The notes under the pieces are model-generated. The model made no database searches and was not told where the DNA came from. It saw nothing but the letters and a program-made list of their open reading frames with translations. Of a stretch of DNA of 64,000 nucleotides, positions 1-12,134 are shown piece by piece (the first letter of the stretch is position 1; the number at the start of each line of letters is the position of its first letter). This DNA comes from Pristiophorus japonicus (Eukaryota). The position numbers were made by a program, and so were the translations under genes. The stretch lies in assembly GCF_044704955.1 (NCBI RefSeq), contig NC_091991.1, positions 33,108,001 to 33,172,000 of the forward strand, in the 5' to 3' direction.

Positions 1-115
1 GTTGCAAGGTATTGCTATAAGGAATCCTGATGCAGTCTCCAGGTACATGATCAACCTGGTGTTTTGAGTAAGCTAACCCACCCTAATTGTCAGTGCTCTG
101 ACTGCCAATTCAATA

Positions 116-1110
116 AAGAAAGAAAGACTTGGATTTATATAGTGCCTTTCACGACCACCAGACATCTCAAAGCGCTTTACAGCCAATGAAGTATTTTAGG
201 ATTGTAGTCACTGTTGTAATGTAGGAAAGGCGGCAACCAATTTGCGCACAGCAAGCTCCCACAAACAGCAACGTGATAATGACCAGATAATCTGTGTTAT
301 GTTGATTGAGGGATAAATATTAGCTAGGACACTGGAGATAACTCCCCATCTCTTCTAAATAGTGCCTTGGGATCTTTTATGTTCACTTGAGAGAGCAGAT
401 GGGGCCTCGGTTTAACGTCTCATCCGAAAGATGGCACCTCCAACATCATCATCATAGGCAGTCCCTCGAAACAAAGATGATTTGCTTCCACGCCCAAAGG
501 GGATGAGTTCACAGGTGTTTCAGTGTAGGACCTAATATTCCAGGTCCCAAGCTACATCTTGAAGGGTGGATTTTTTTTAACGTGTGGTGGCCGTTGCACA
601 CCAACCACCACACGGGCTTGACAGAGCTAAGTCTTGGTCCAGTGGCAAGGATTAACCAAGACGACTGGAGACCAGCTCTGCTGCACTGACTTAGTGCGCA
701 CATACATCGCAATGTGGGCTGGTCCATGCTGCCCCTGGGCCCTCGCCTCTTCTGGGCCCCAAACTCATGCTTCTCCTGGGCCCCCATCATGTTCCTCTAC
801 GAACTCTCGCCGCTCCTCCGCGCCGACCTCGCTACTCCTGCTGTATCTGCCCGCGCTCCAATCAGCGACCTGGATTTAAGTGAAGTCGCCCTCTTCACAG
901 CCGCCGCCCTCCTGCAGCAGCACGCACTGCTCCCTGCAAAGGCATGCTGATGCACATTGCTCCCTCCATGGCACCAGCCTGCCGATGGTGATGGAGGCAG
1001 GCCTGTGGGACCTCCAACAGTGATGCAGACTGTCAGCCAAGTCTTTTGTGCACAAGTCCTTGGAATGGGGACTTGAGCATGTAAGTCATCTGATTTGGGT
1101 AGGTGAGATA
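116..1110 (-). mobile_element. tRNA-derived Deu-domain SINE (SacSINE1/DeuSINE-like) with L2-like tail, interrupted at 446-1009
   Basis: Reverse strand carries ggatgagacgttaaaccgaggcccc core and tail gaaaggcactatataaatccaagtctttc; same element at 5220-5665 and 19738-20175. Confidence 0.7.
446..1009 (-). mobile_element. Non-autonomous, non-coding RTE-tailed retroelement
   Basis: Ends in gagggactgcctatgatgatga like local RTE LINEs; 10-bp TSD acctccaaca (436-445, 1010-1019); no RT coding. Confidence 0.82.
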
Positions 1111-2286
1111 ACTTGCCCTGGGACTTGTAACACACTTCTCTGGCATTACTGAGAAGTGAGTGCTAACTGCTGGTTTTAGTGGCTTCTGGCCTGTCGTACT
1201 TCGATTGCAACATATTTGTGCAGTACACATGGAATGGGTTCACATCCAGCTTTCTCTGGACAAGACTGAATGGAGGCAAAGTGCTTGACCATAGGGAAGA
1301 AATAACGGATGGTAATTAAATTCACAGACGAATACCAATTAACTTGCACATTAAAAGCCAGAGACCATATTCTAGGGATGGTGGTGGGAAGGAACTTTGA
1401 CCATTTAAATGTAAAAGAGATCTCTTTAGACACACACCATCTTCAAAGTTGGAGCAAAAGCTTGTGAGGATAATTTTTGAATTGCTCTTGTTTAGCAAGC
1501 TGTGTGACTGAAAGAGTGTGACTGACTTCCATAAGGTTGTGTGTGTTTTCCTGCTGTAATGTCCATAGTTTCTCCGTTCCCTGGCAGCCCAGTAGGGGTA
1601 AGTGTTTGTGGTCCTCTGATCCATTGAGGGAGGCTCTGTCCATTCACAAGAGCTGTTGTTTTCAGGGTTGTTTTAACATGGATTCAAACCATCTGAATGT
1701 AATGGACACGTGAAATGGAAGTCCCATCCCTATGGCAATGCTGGTTACCTGCACACTATACCATGTGCTACATGATCTAAGTGGCTACACTCTGCTGGAC
1801 AAATCTATCCCTAGGGCAGAGACGGCTTTGATTTCGCGTATTTGACTGAAGCATATGTTTATAGTTTGATTTAAGCTAAAACCTGTTTGGTTAATGTCAA
1901 AAATGCAGAATCCTTAGTTTATCTTCACCCACTTGGGACAAAAATTATAAAATCCTCTTGCTTTTGATCTCAATTTCATTCTGCCCCCTTTGTGATTTTA
2001 ATCGGGCTTTTTGCTGCACTTTGTGTTGATTGAGTACATTGTGTACACACTGGACTAAGAATGTTGTAACACGATTGTCGCTCAGTAAACCGTTACAATT
2101 CACTGATTGCTTTGTGATCATCAGGCATCAAGGAAATGGAGTACGTACAGCTAGCCAACTCTCACCCAAAATATATACAACACGTACAATCAATGAAGCT
2201 GTATGCTGTATATTTGTTGGGGCTTCTCCACTCCCTATTTTTGCTGGTCTTGTGCAGAGAGCACTGGACTTCACTGTGTGGTGTAG

Positions 2287-3225
2287 TGGACGTATTTACT
2301 GACGCGTACGAAAGCATGGGCCTTACGCTAAACATCCGTAAGACAACGGTCCTCCACCAGCCTGTCCTCGCCGCACAGCACTGCCACCCCAGTCATCAAG
2401 ATCCACGGCGTGACCCTGGACAACGTGGACCATTTCCCATACCTCATGAGCCTCTCATCAACAAGAGGAGACATTGACGACGAGATTCAACACAGCCTCC
2501 AGTGCGCTAGTGCAGCCTTCGGCCGCCTGAGGAAAAGAGTATTTGAAGACCAGGCCCTCAAAACTGTCACCAAGCTCATGGTCTACAGGGCTATAGTAAT
2601 ACCTGCCCTCCTGTATGGTTCAAGAGACATGGACCATGTACAGAAGTCGCTGGAGAAATACTACCAACGATGCCTCCGCAAGATCCTACAAATCCCCTGG
2701 GAGGACAGACGCACCAACATTATCGTCCTTGACCAGGCCAACATCCCCAGCATTGAAGCATTGACCACACTTGATCAGCTCCGCTGTGCAGGCCACATCG
2801 TTTGCATGCCTGACATGAGACTCCCAAAGCAAACGCTCTACTCCGAACTCCTTCACGACAAACGAGCCAAAGGTGGGCAGAGGAAACGTTACAAGGACAC
2901 CCTCAAAGCCTCCCTGAAAAAGTGCAACATCCCCACTGACACCTGGGAGTCCCTGGCCAAAGATCGCCCTAAGTGGAGGAAATGCATGAGGGAAGGTGCT
3001 GAGCACCTCGAGGCTCATCACCGAGAGCATGCAGAAATCAAGCGCAGGCAGCAGAAAGAGCGTGCGACAAACCAGACTCCCCGCCCACCCTTTCCCTCAA
3101 CAACTATCTGTCCCACCTGTGACGGGGACTGTGGCTCTCTTATTCGACTGTTCAGCCACCTAAGGACTCATTTCAAGAGCGGAAGCAAATCTTCCTCGAT
3201 TCCGAGGGACTGCCTATGATGATGA
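2287..3225 (+). mobile_element. 5'-truncated RTE/BovB-like LINE (RT C-terminus, CCHH finger)
   Basis: ORF 2410-3219 (DNVDHFPYL, LPKQTLYSEL, CPTC..LFSHLRTH); (tga)n tail; TSD tgtggtgtag at 2277-2286 and 3226-3235. Confidence 0.93.
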
Positions 3226-3342
3226 TGTGGTGTAGGGAGCACTGGGCTTCACTGTGGTGGAGAGACCCGAATAGAGCAGGAGCACTTATGCAGGTCGGCT
3301 CCTCACCGTTTCTTTACATAAAAAGTGAGCTCACCTCAACAT

Positions 3343-3736
3343 TCTAATCTTCTCTTCATAGGCAGTCGCTCGGAGTCGAGGAGGACTTGCTTCCACACTA
3401 ATATGAGTTCTCAGGAGACTGATGAGTCCAATGTGGAATCTACCGTCTCTGTCACGGGTGAGGCAGACGGTGGTTGAAGGGACGGGTGGGTGGGGTGCTT
3501 GGGTTGCCGTGCTCCCGGCGAAGAGACTCCGTGTTCGGCGCCTTGCCGGATGCTTCTCCATTTTGACTGGTTGTGGGCCAGGGATTCCCGGTCGGAATGT
3601 TGCACATTTTCAAGGAGGCTTTGATTGTATCCTTGAAGCGTTTCCTCTGCCCACCTGGGGCTCGCTTGCCGTGTCGGAGCTCTGAGTAGAGCGCTTGTTT
3701 TGGGAGTCTAGTATCGGGCATGTGGACGATTGTCTC
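3343..3736 (-). mobile_element. RTE LINE 3' fragment shared by copies 1 and 2
   Basis: MPDTRLPKQALYSEL; TSD cacctc(a/g)acat; empty site tcacctcaacatgaatt in copy 3 (~31551). Confidence 0.88.
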
Positions 3737-5219
3737 CACCTCGACATGAATTTGTAGACACACGCTTTTGTAGGTGTGCTAGGCCCGTGATCCCAGGCAG
3801 GTCCTGTCAAGTATACTTGTGTGTAGCTGATGAAGGGAGAATGGGATGGCGACTGTTGGCTGCACACTTGTAATGTGAAAGCATCGTAAAGACCAAATCA
3901 TCGAAGGTTTTCCAGTTTCAGAGCATGAGAGAAACTTCAAAATGGAGCTCAGAACCTCATTAATATGTCACGCCTGGGGCAAATGAACAATGGAGAAATT
4001 CAGACAAAATAAACTGAGGGCGAAGGTTTATCAAGTTGATAATAAATGTAATCCATCACTGCTGATCCATCAAGAATAACATTTTGCATCCTGTCTCAAA
4101 CCATAATCATTCAGTGGAAGAATCCGCTTATACCAGATTGGAGGAGGCCCTCGAACATTTGAAGAGAGCTTGTTGTAAATTGAGATGTTCTAATTCTGGA
4201 ATTACCTTGCATGTTAACATACACCTCGTCAGTGGGGAGAATTTTTATTTAAATAAATTGTGGAACACGCTTTCTACTACTGGGGCATTTTCATTTTAGT
4301 GAGAACTTATTTCGTTTAAAAAAAAGATTTTTTGGTATCGTATTTGGTAAATAGTTGCTAATTTTGATACTACTATCTATAACATGTTAAATATCTTGGG
4401 TCCGTGTGGAGTTTCTGTCTGAACATACTTTTTTGTGTCGATTTTTCCGTTGTAAATTCCCATAATCCACACTTATAATGGAAAATGTGGAAGTAAACTC
4501 CTCAATGTGTGCAATCTGGCTTTGTGTTCCTACAAAGTCCTCAATATACTATTTGAAATTGTTTCGCATTTGCTATTTTTTTTCTATTTGAAATTTCTAA
4601 TGTCTAAAATAAGGAGTTATTGAAAATAAAGTAATTCACAATAATACATTTATCCATTGAATTGTCTTTTGTGTCTTTGAATGCCTTCAGTAAAGATTTT
4701 ACTTGAAGTCTCCAGCACAACCCTGGGCTTGGAGTTGATATTTTAGCCCGAGCTGTAATGCTGTGAGCTGAATTCGGATTGTGCAGTCCGATCATGTCAT
4801 GTATCTCATTTCCCAGGATGCATCATGCCATTCAGTCAATTACATTTCTTCAGCTCCTACTCAAAAAAAATCAAAATTATTTGAAGTAAAACTGAAGCAC
4901 AGATTTCCAAATCTATTACTGAGGTAAAAGACTGTGGCCGCGAAATTTCAGAGCGTCGCATTTGGGGGCGGTAACCCTCACGAGTCGGGACATCCTGCAC
5001 CAGGCACAGAATTCCTGCCCCACGACCTAAATTGGGGTCACTGCCCCTGACAGGAAGTGGTAAAACTGCTGCTCTAGTTTCAGGCCATCTTATTTCTCCC
5101 TTTGTAAAGTATTGCCATAAGGAATCTGCTGTCTCCAGGTACTAGTGTGACTGCCATCATCAACCAGAAGTTTTGAGTAAGCTAATTGTCAGTGCTCTGA
5201 CTGCCACCTTAGTTAAGAA

Positions 5220-5665
5220 AGAGGAAAGAAAAGCTTGGATTTATAAAGCGCCTTTCATGACCACCGGATGTCTCAAAGCCCTTTACAGCCGATGAAGTAC
5301 TTTTGGAGCGTAGTCACTGTTGTAATGTGGGAAATGCGGCAGCCAATTAGCGCACAAGCGAGCTCCCACAAACAGCAATGTGATAATGATCAGATAAAAT
5401 CTGTTTTTGTTATGATTGAGGCATTAATATTGCCCAGAACACTGGGGATAGCTCCCCTGCTCTTCTTATAAATAGTGCCATGGGATCTCTTGCGTCCACT
5501 TGAGAGAGCAGACGGGGCCTCGGTTTAACGTCTCATCCGAAGGTCGGCAATTCCAACAGTGCAGCAGTCCCTCAGCACTGCACTGGAGTGTCAGCCAAGA
5601 TTTTTGTGCTCAAGTCCCTGGAGTGAGGACTTGAGCGTGTAAGTCATCTGACTTGGGTAGGTGAG
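5220..5665 (-). mobile_element. Deu-domain SINE
   Basis: Uninterrupted homologue of the 116-1110 element. Confidence 0.7.
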
Positions 5666-6373
5666 ACAACTAGCCTGGGACTCGTAACACACGTCTCTGG
5701 CAGCACGTGCTGGAGCAGGAGAGCAACGGCAGTGAAAAGGGACGTCACCAAGGTCCAGGTCGGTGATTGAAGCGTGGGCAGATACAGCTGAAGCAGTGTG
5801 GTCGGGGCGAAGGAACGGCGAGAGATTGTAAAGGGATCCAGGAAAGGCGAGGGCCCAGGGGCAGCACGGGCCAGCCCACACTGTGATATGTATGCACACT
5901 AGGTCCGTGCAGCAGAACTGGTCTCCAGTCATCTTGGTTAATCGTTGCTACTGGACCAAGTCCTAGCTCTGTCAAGCCCGTGTGGTGGCTGGTGTGCAAT
6001 GGCCACCACATGTTAAAAAAAATCCACGCACAGGCATCTTCCACCCTTCAAGATTTAGTTCGGGACCTAGAATTTCAGGAGCAGGAGTTCAGGCAGTTGA
6101 GTGGCCTATAAAGGCCTGAGAGTTGGAGGAGGCGGCCACAGGAGCGGGAGTTCGGACAGTCGAGCGGCCTATAAAAGCCCAAGAGTCAGAGGAGGCTAGC
6201 TGGTGCAGGGGCAGGGGCAGAGGTAAATAAAGAAGTAAGAAGAAATCGAAGTGGGATGTCGCAGCCAAGCGGGTAAGTGATTGGCTGGTTGGTGAGTATT
6301 TGATCTTTTATTTTTCTTACCAGTAAGAAACCTTTGGCATTGTTACAAGTTAAGTTAATCTAAGGGTTAAGTC

Positions 6374-7297
6374 ATGGCAGGAGAGCCCAGGCGCGTGTCA
6401 TGCTCCTCCTGTACCAGTGTCCCTGACTACTACGTGTGCGGGAAATGTATCCAGCTGCAGCTCCTGACAGACCGCATTGCAGCACTGGAGCTGCGGATGG
6501 ATTCACTCTGGAGCATCTGCGATGCTGAGGATGTCGTGAATAGCATGTTTAGTGAGTTGGTCACACCACAGGTAAAGGTTGCACAGCCAGATAGGCAATG
6601 GGCGACCATCAGGAAGAGCAAGGGAAGGCAGGTAGTGCAGGGGTCCCCTGCGGTCACCTCCCTCCAAAACAGATACACCGTTTTGGGTACTGTTGAGGGA
6701 GGTTGCTCATCAGGGGAAGGCAGCAGCAGCCAAGTCCATGGCACCAGGGGTGGCTCTGCTGCACAGGAGGGCAGGAAAAAGAGTGGAAGAGCTATAGTGA
6801 TAGGGGATTCTATTGTAAGGGGAATAGATGGGCGTTTCTGTGGCCGCAAACGAGACTCCAGGATAGTATGTTGCCTCCCTGGTGCAAGGGTCAAGGATGT
6901 CTCGGAGCAGCTGCAGCGCATTCTGGAGGGGGAGGGTGAACAGCCAGCTGTCGTGGTGCATATAGGTACCAAGGGTATAGGTAAAAAATGGGATGAGGTC
7001 CTACAAGCTGAATTTAGGGAGCGAGGAGTTAAATTTAAAAAGTAGGACCTCAAAGGTAGTAATCTCAGGATTGCTACCAGTGCCATGTGCTAGTCAGAGC
7101 GGGAATTGCAGAATAGCTCAGATGAATACGTGGCTTGAGGAATGGTGCAAGGGGAAGGGATTCAAATTTCTGGGACATTGGAACCGGTTCTGGGGGAGGT
7201 GGGATCAGTACAAACCGGATGGTCTGCACCTGGGCAGGACCGGAACCAATGTCCTAGGCGGAGTATTTGCTAGTGCTGTTGGGGAGGGTTTAAACTA
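6374..7297 (+). pseudogene. CR1 ORF1 (Cys-rich/leucine zipper + SGNH esterase-like), frameshift near 7040
   Basis: CGKC..LELRMDSL; VIGDSIVRG; CLPGARVKD; VVHIGT; DGLHL motif in next frame. Confidence 0.9.
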
Positions 7298-7310
7298 AAA
7301 TGGCAGGGGG

Positions 7311-10272
7311 ATGGGAATCAATGCAGGGAGGCAGAAGGAAGTAAAAAGGGGGCAGAAGCAAAAGGTAGGAATGAGAAAAACAAGAGTGGAAAGCAGAAAT
7401 CGAGGGCAAAAATCAAAAAGGGCAACATTACAACATAATTCTAAAAGGACAAAGAGTGTTAACAAAACAAGCCTGAAGGCTCTGAGTCTTAATGCGAGGA
7501 GCATTCGTAAGAAGGTGGATGAATTAACTGTGCAGATAGCTGTTAACGATGTGATGTAATTGGGATTACGGAGACATGGCTCCAAGGTAACCAAGGCTGG
7601 GAACTCAACATCCAGGGGTATTCAATATTCAGGGAGGATAGACAGGAAGGAAAAGGAGGTGGGGTAGCGTTACTGGTTAAAGAGGAGATTAACGCAACAG
7701 TAAGGAAGGACATTAGCGTGGATGATGTGGAATCTATATGGGTAGAGCTGCGGAACATCAAAGGGCAGAAAACGCTATTGGGAGTTGTGTACAGACCACC
7801 AAACAGGAGTAGTGGGGTTGGGGACGACATCAAACAGGAAATTAGGGGCGCGTGCAATAAGGGTACAGCAATTATCATGGGTGACTTTAATCTACACATT
7901 GATTGGGCTAACCAAACTGGTAGCAATACTGTGGAGGAGGAATTCCTAAAGTGTATAAGGGATGTTTTTCTCAACCAATATGTCGAGGAACCAACTAGAG
8001 AGCAGGCTATCCCAGATGAAGTCTTGTGTAACGAGAGAGGATTAATTAGCAATTTGCTTGTGTGAGACCCCTTGGGGAAGAATGACCATAATATGGTAGA
8101 ATTCTTCATTAAGATGGAAACTGACACAGTTAATTCAGAGACTAGGGTCCTGAAGTTAAAAAAAGGAAACTTTGAGCGGTATGAGACGTGAATTAGCAAG
8201 GATAGACTGGAGAATGATACTTAAAGGGTTGACAGTGGATAGGCAATGGCAGACATTTAAAGATCACATGGATGAACTACAACAATTGTACATCCCTGTG
8301 TGGCGTAAGAATAAAAAAGGGAAGGTGGCTCAACCGTGGCTAACAAGGGAAATTAGGAAAAGTGTTAAATCCAAGGAAGGGGCATATAAATTGGCCAGAA
8401 AAAGCAGCAAACCTGAGGACTGGGAGAAATTTAGAATTCAGCAGAGGAGGACTAAGGGTTTAATTAGCAGGGGGAAAATAGAGTATGAGAGTAAGCTTGC
8501 AGGGAACATAAAAACTGACTGAAAAGCTTCTATTGATATGTGAAGAGAAAAAGATTAGTGAAGATTAATGTAGGTCCCTTGCAGTCAGAATCAGGTGAAT
8601 TCATAATGGGGAACAAGGAAATGGCAGACCAATTGAACAAATACTTTGGTTCTGTCTTCACTAAGGAAGACACGAATAACCTCCTGATAATACTAAGGGA
8701 CCGAGGGTCTAGCGAGAAGGGGGAACTGAGGGAAATCCTTATTAGTCAGGAAATGATGTTGGGGAAATTGAAGGGACTGAAGGCCGATAAATCCCCAGGG
8801 CCTGATGGTCTGCATCCCAGAGTACTTAAGGAAGTGGCCCTAGAAATAGTAGATGCATTGGTGGTCATTTTCCAACATTCCATGGACTCTGGGTCAGTTC
8901 CTATGGATTGGAGGGTAGCTAATGTAACCCCCTTTTTAAAAAAGGAGGGAGAGAGAAAACAGGGAATTATAGACCAGTTAGCCTGACATCGGTGGTGGGG
9001 GAAAATGCTGGTGTCAGTTATTAAAGATGTAATAACAGCGCATTTGGAAAGTAGTGAAGGGATCGGTCCAAGTCAGCATGGATTTATGAAAGGGAAATCA
9101 TGCTTGACAAATCTATAGAGTTTTTTGAGGATGTAACTAGTAAAGTGGACAAGGGAGAACCAGTCGATGTGATGTATTTGGACTTTGAAAAGGCTTTTGA
9201 CAAGGTCCCACACAAGAGATTAGTGTGCAAAATTAAAGCACATGGTATTGGGGGTAATGTATTGACGTGGATAGAGAACTGGTTGGCAGACAGGAAGCAA
9301 AGAGTAGGAATAAACGGGTCCTTTTCAGAATGGCAGGCAGTGACTAGTGGGGTGCCGCAGGGTTCAGTGCTGGGACCCCAGCTATTTATAATATACATTA
9401 ATGATTTAGACAAAGGAATTGAATGTAATATCTCCCAAGTTTGAAGATGACACTAAGCTGGGTGGCAGTGCGAGTTGCAAGGAGGATGCTAAGAGGCTGC
9501 AGGGTGACTTGGACAGGTTAGGTGAATGGGCAAATGCATGGCAGATGCAGTATAATGTGGATAAATGTGAGGTTATCCACTTTGGTGACAAAAACCGGAA
9601 GGCAGATTATTATCTGAATGGTGACAGATTTGGAAAAGGGGAGGTGCAACGAGACCTGGGTGTCATGGTACATCAGTCATTGAAGGTAGGCATGCAGGTA
9701 CAGCAGGCAGTAAAGAAAGCAAATGGCATGTTGACCTTCATAGCTAGGGGATTTGAGTATAGGAGCAGGGAGGTCTTACTGCAGTTGTACAGGGCCTTGG
9801 TGAGGCCTCACCTGGAATATTGTGTTCAGTTTTGGTCTCCTAATCTGAGGAAGGATGTTCTTGCTATTGAGTGAGTGCAGCGAAGGTTCACCAGACTGAT
9901 TCCCGGGATGGCAGGACTGATATATGAGGAAAGACAGGATCGGTTAGGCTTATACTCACTGGAATTTAGAAGAATGAGAGGGGATCTCATAGAAATGTAT
10001 AAAATTCTGATGGGACTGAACAGGTTAGATGCAGGAAGAATGTTCCCGTGAAGTCCAGAACCAGGGGTACACAATCTAAGGATAAGGGGTAAGCCATATA
10101 GGACTGAGATGAGGAGAAACTTTTTCACCCAGAGAGTTGTGAACCTGTGGAATTCTCTGCCACAGAAAGCCGTTGAGTCCAGTTCGTTGGACATATTCAA
10201 AAGGGAGTTAGATGTGGCCCTTACGGCTAGAGGGATCAGGGAGTATGGAGAGAAGGCTGGGGTGGGGTACTG
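7311..10272 (+). pseudogene. CR1 ORF2 (APE endonuclease + reverse transcriptase), several frameshifts/stops
   Basis: [61 protein letters not shown]. Confidence 0.95.
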
Positions 10273-11731
10273 AGGTTGAATGATCAGCCAGGATCATGTT
10301 GAATGGCAGTACAGGCTCGAAGGGCCAAATGACCTGCTCCTGCACCTATTTTCTATCTTTCTATGTTTAATGAAACACTTGTGAACATCTTGACGTGGAA
10401 GCAAGTCATCCTAGATTCGAGGGACTGCCTATGATGATGAGAAATGAGAAGTGAGTGCTAACTGCAGGTTTTAGTGGCTTCTGGCAATACTTCGATGGCA
10501 ACATATTTGTGCAGTACACTTGGAATGAGTTCACATCCAGCTTTCTCTGCAGGTTGAGTTCCCTGTCTCTGGACAAGACTGAGTGAAGGCAAAGTGCTTG
10601 ACCAAAGGGAAGAAATAGCGGGTGGTAATTAAATTCACAGACTAACACCAATTAACTTGCACATTAAAAGCCAGAGACCATATTCTAGGTGTGGTGGTGG
10701 GAAGGAACTTTGACCATTTAAATGTAAAAGGGACTGTGTTTGGTTCTTTTTACACACACACCATCTTCAGAGTTGGAGCAAAAGCTTGTGAGGATCATTT
10801 TTGAATTGCTCTTGTTTAGCAAGGTGTGAGACTGAGATTGTGTGACTGACTTCCATAAGGTTGAGTGTGTTTTCCCGCTGTAATGTCCATAGTTTCTCCG
10901 TTCCCTGGCAGCCCAGTAGGGATAAGTGTTTGTGGTCCTCTGATCCATTGGAGGCTCTGTCCATTCACAAGAGCTGTTTTTTTCAGGGTTGTTTTAACAT
11001 GGATTCAAACCATCTGAATGTAATGGACACGTGAAATGGAAGTCCCATCCCTATGGCAATGCTGGTTACCTGCACACTATACCATGTACTACATGATCTA
11101 AGTGGCTACACTCTGCTGGACAAATCTATCCCTAGGGCAGAGACGGCTTTGATTTCGCGTATTTGACTGAAGCATATGTTTATAGTTTGATTTAAGCTAA
11201 AACCTGTTTGGTTAATGTCAAAAATGCAGAATCCTTAGTTTATCTTCACCCACTTGGGTGGAATAGAGGGACAAAAATTATAAAATCACCTTGTTTTTGA
11301 TCTCAATTTTGTTCTGCCCCCATTGTGATCTTAATTGGGCTTTTTGCTGCACTTTGTATTGATTGAGTATATTGTGTACACACTGGACTGAGAATGTTGT
11401 TTTAACACGATTGTCGCTCAGTAAACCGTCATAATTCACTGATTGCTTTGTGATCATCAGGCATCAAGGAAATGGAGTACGTACAGCAAGCCAACTCTCA
11501 CCCAAAATATATACAACACGTACAATCAATGAAGCTGTATGCTGTATATTTGTAGGTGCCTCTCTACTCCCTATTTTTGCTGGTGTTGTGCAGAGAGCAC
11601 TAGGCTTCACTGTGTGGTACAGGGAGCACTGGGCTTCACTACGTGTTGCAGAGAGCCGAACAGAGCAGGAGCACTTGTGCAGGTCGCCTCCTCACCATTT
11701 CTTTACAGAAAGGGCAGGCTCCCCTCAACAT

Positions 11732-12134
11732 TCTTCTCTTCTCTTCGTAGGCAGTCGCTCGGAGTCGAGGATGACTTGTTCTCGGAGCTGATGAGTCCAA
11801 TGTGGGACCTACAGTCTCTGTGACACGTGGGCCAGATGGTGGTTGGAGGGATAGGTGGGTGGGGTGCTTGTGTTATCGTGCACCCCTTCTGCTTGGCTTC
11901 CGCGTGCTCCCGGCGAAGAGACTCGGTGTTTGGCGCTTTCCCGGATGCTTCTCCTCCATTTTGACTGGTTGTGGGCCAGGGATTCCCGGTCGGAATGTTG
12001 CACATTTTCAAGGAGGCTTTGATTGTGTCCTTGAAGCGTTTCCTCTGCCCACCTGGGGCTCGCTTGCCGTGTCGGAGCTCTGAGTAGAGCGCTTGTTTTG
12101 GGAGTCTAGTATCGGGCATGTGGACGATTGTCTC
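11732..12134 (-). mobile_element. RTE 3' fragment (paralogue of 3343-3736)
   Basis: Same position and sequence as in copy 1. Confidence 0.88.

Larger units (their letters stand above)
1..5059. repeat. Copy 1 of ~4-kb tandem segmental repeat unit (left end outside window)
   Basis: Collinear, highly similar to 5060-12747 and 19571-33000, e.g. gcaaagtgcttgacca at ~1276/10589/20886 and gcatcctgtctcaaacc at ~4086/12484/32117. Confidence 0.92.
6075..10366 (+). mobile_element. Near full-length CR1 LINE (5' UTR, ORF1, ORF2, 3' tail), decayed
   Basis: ORF1 and ORF2 motifs below; 3' end cctattttctatctttctatgttt typical of CR1 microsatellite tails. Confidence 0.95.
5703..10440 (+). mobile_element. RTE-tailed non-autonomous element split by CR1 (5703-6074 + 10367-10440)
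   Basis: Reverse complement of 446-1009; tail gagggactgcctatgatgatga at ~10419-10440. Confidence 0.8.

Noticed and set aside
3826-3850. CTGATGA as hammerhead core or snoRNA C box
   Set aside because: No matching GAAA core with flanking stems, and no terminal stem or D box arrangement seen.
4084-4299. 71-aa ORF open in all three unit copies (also 12482, 32115)
   Set aside because: TTG start, no recognisable domain, and amino-acid-changing differences outnumber silent ones between copies 1 and 2; explained by recent duplication.
6430-10200. Long antisense ORFs over CR1 (and similar ones over RTE/Gypsy)
   Set aside because: Shadow frames of TE coding sequence with no independent evidence.
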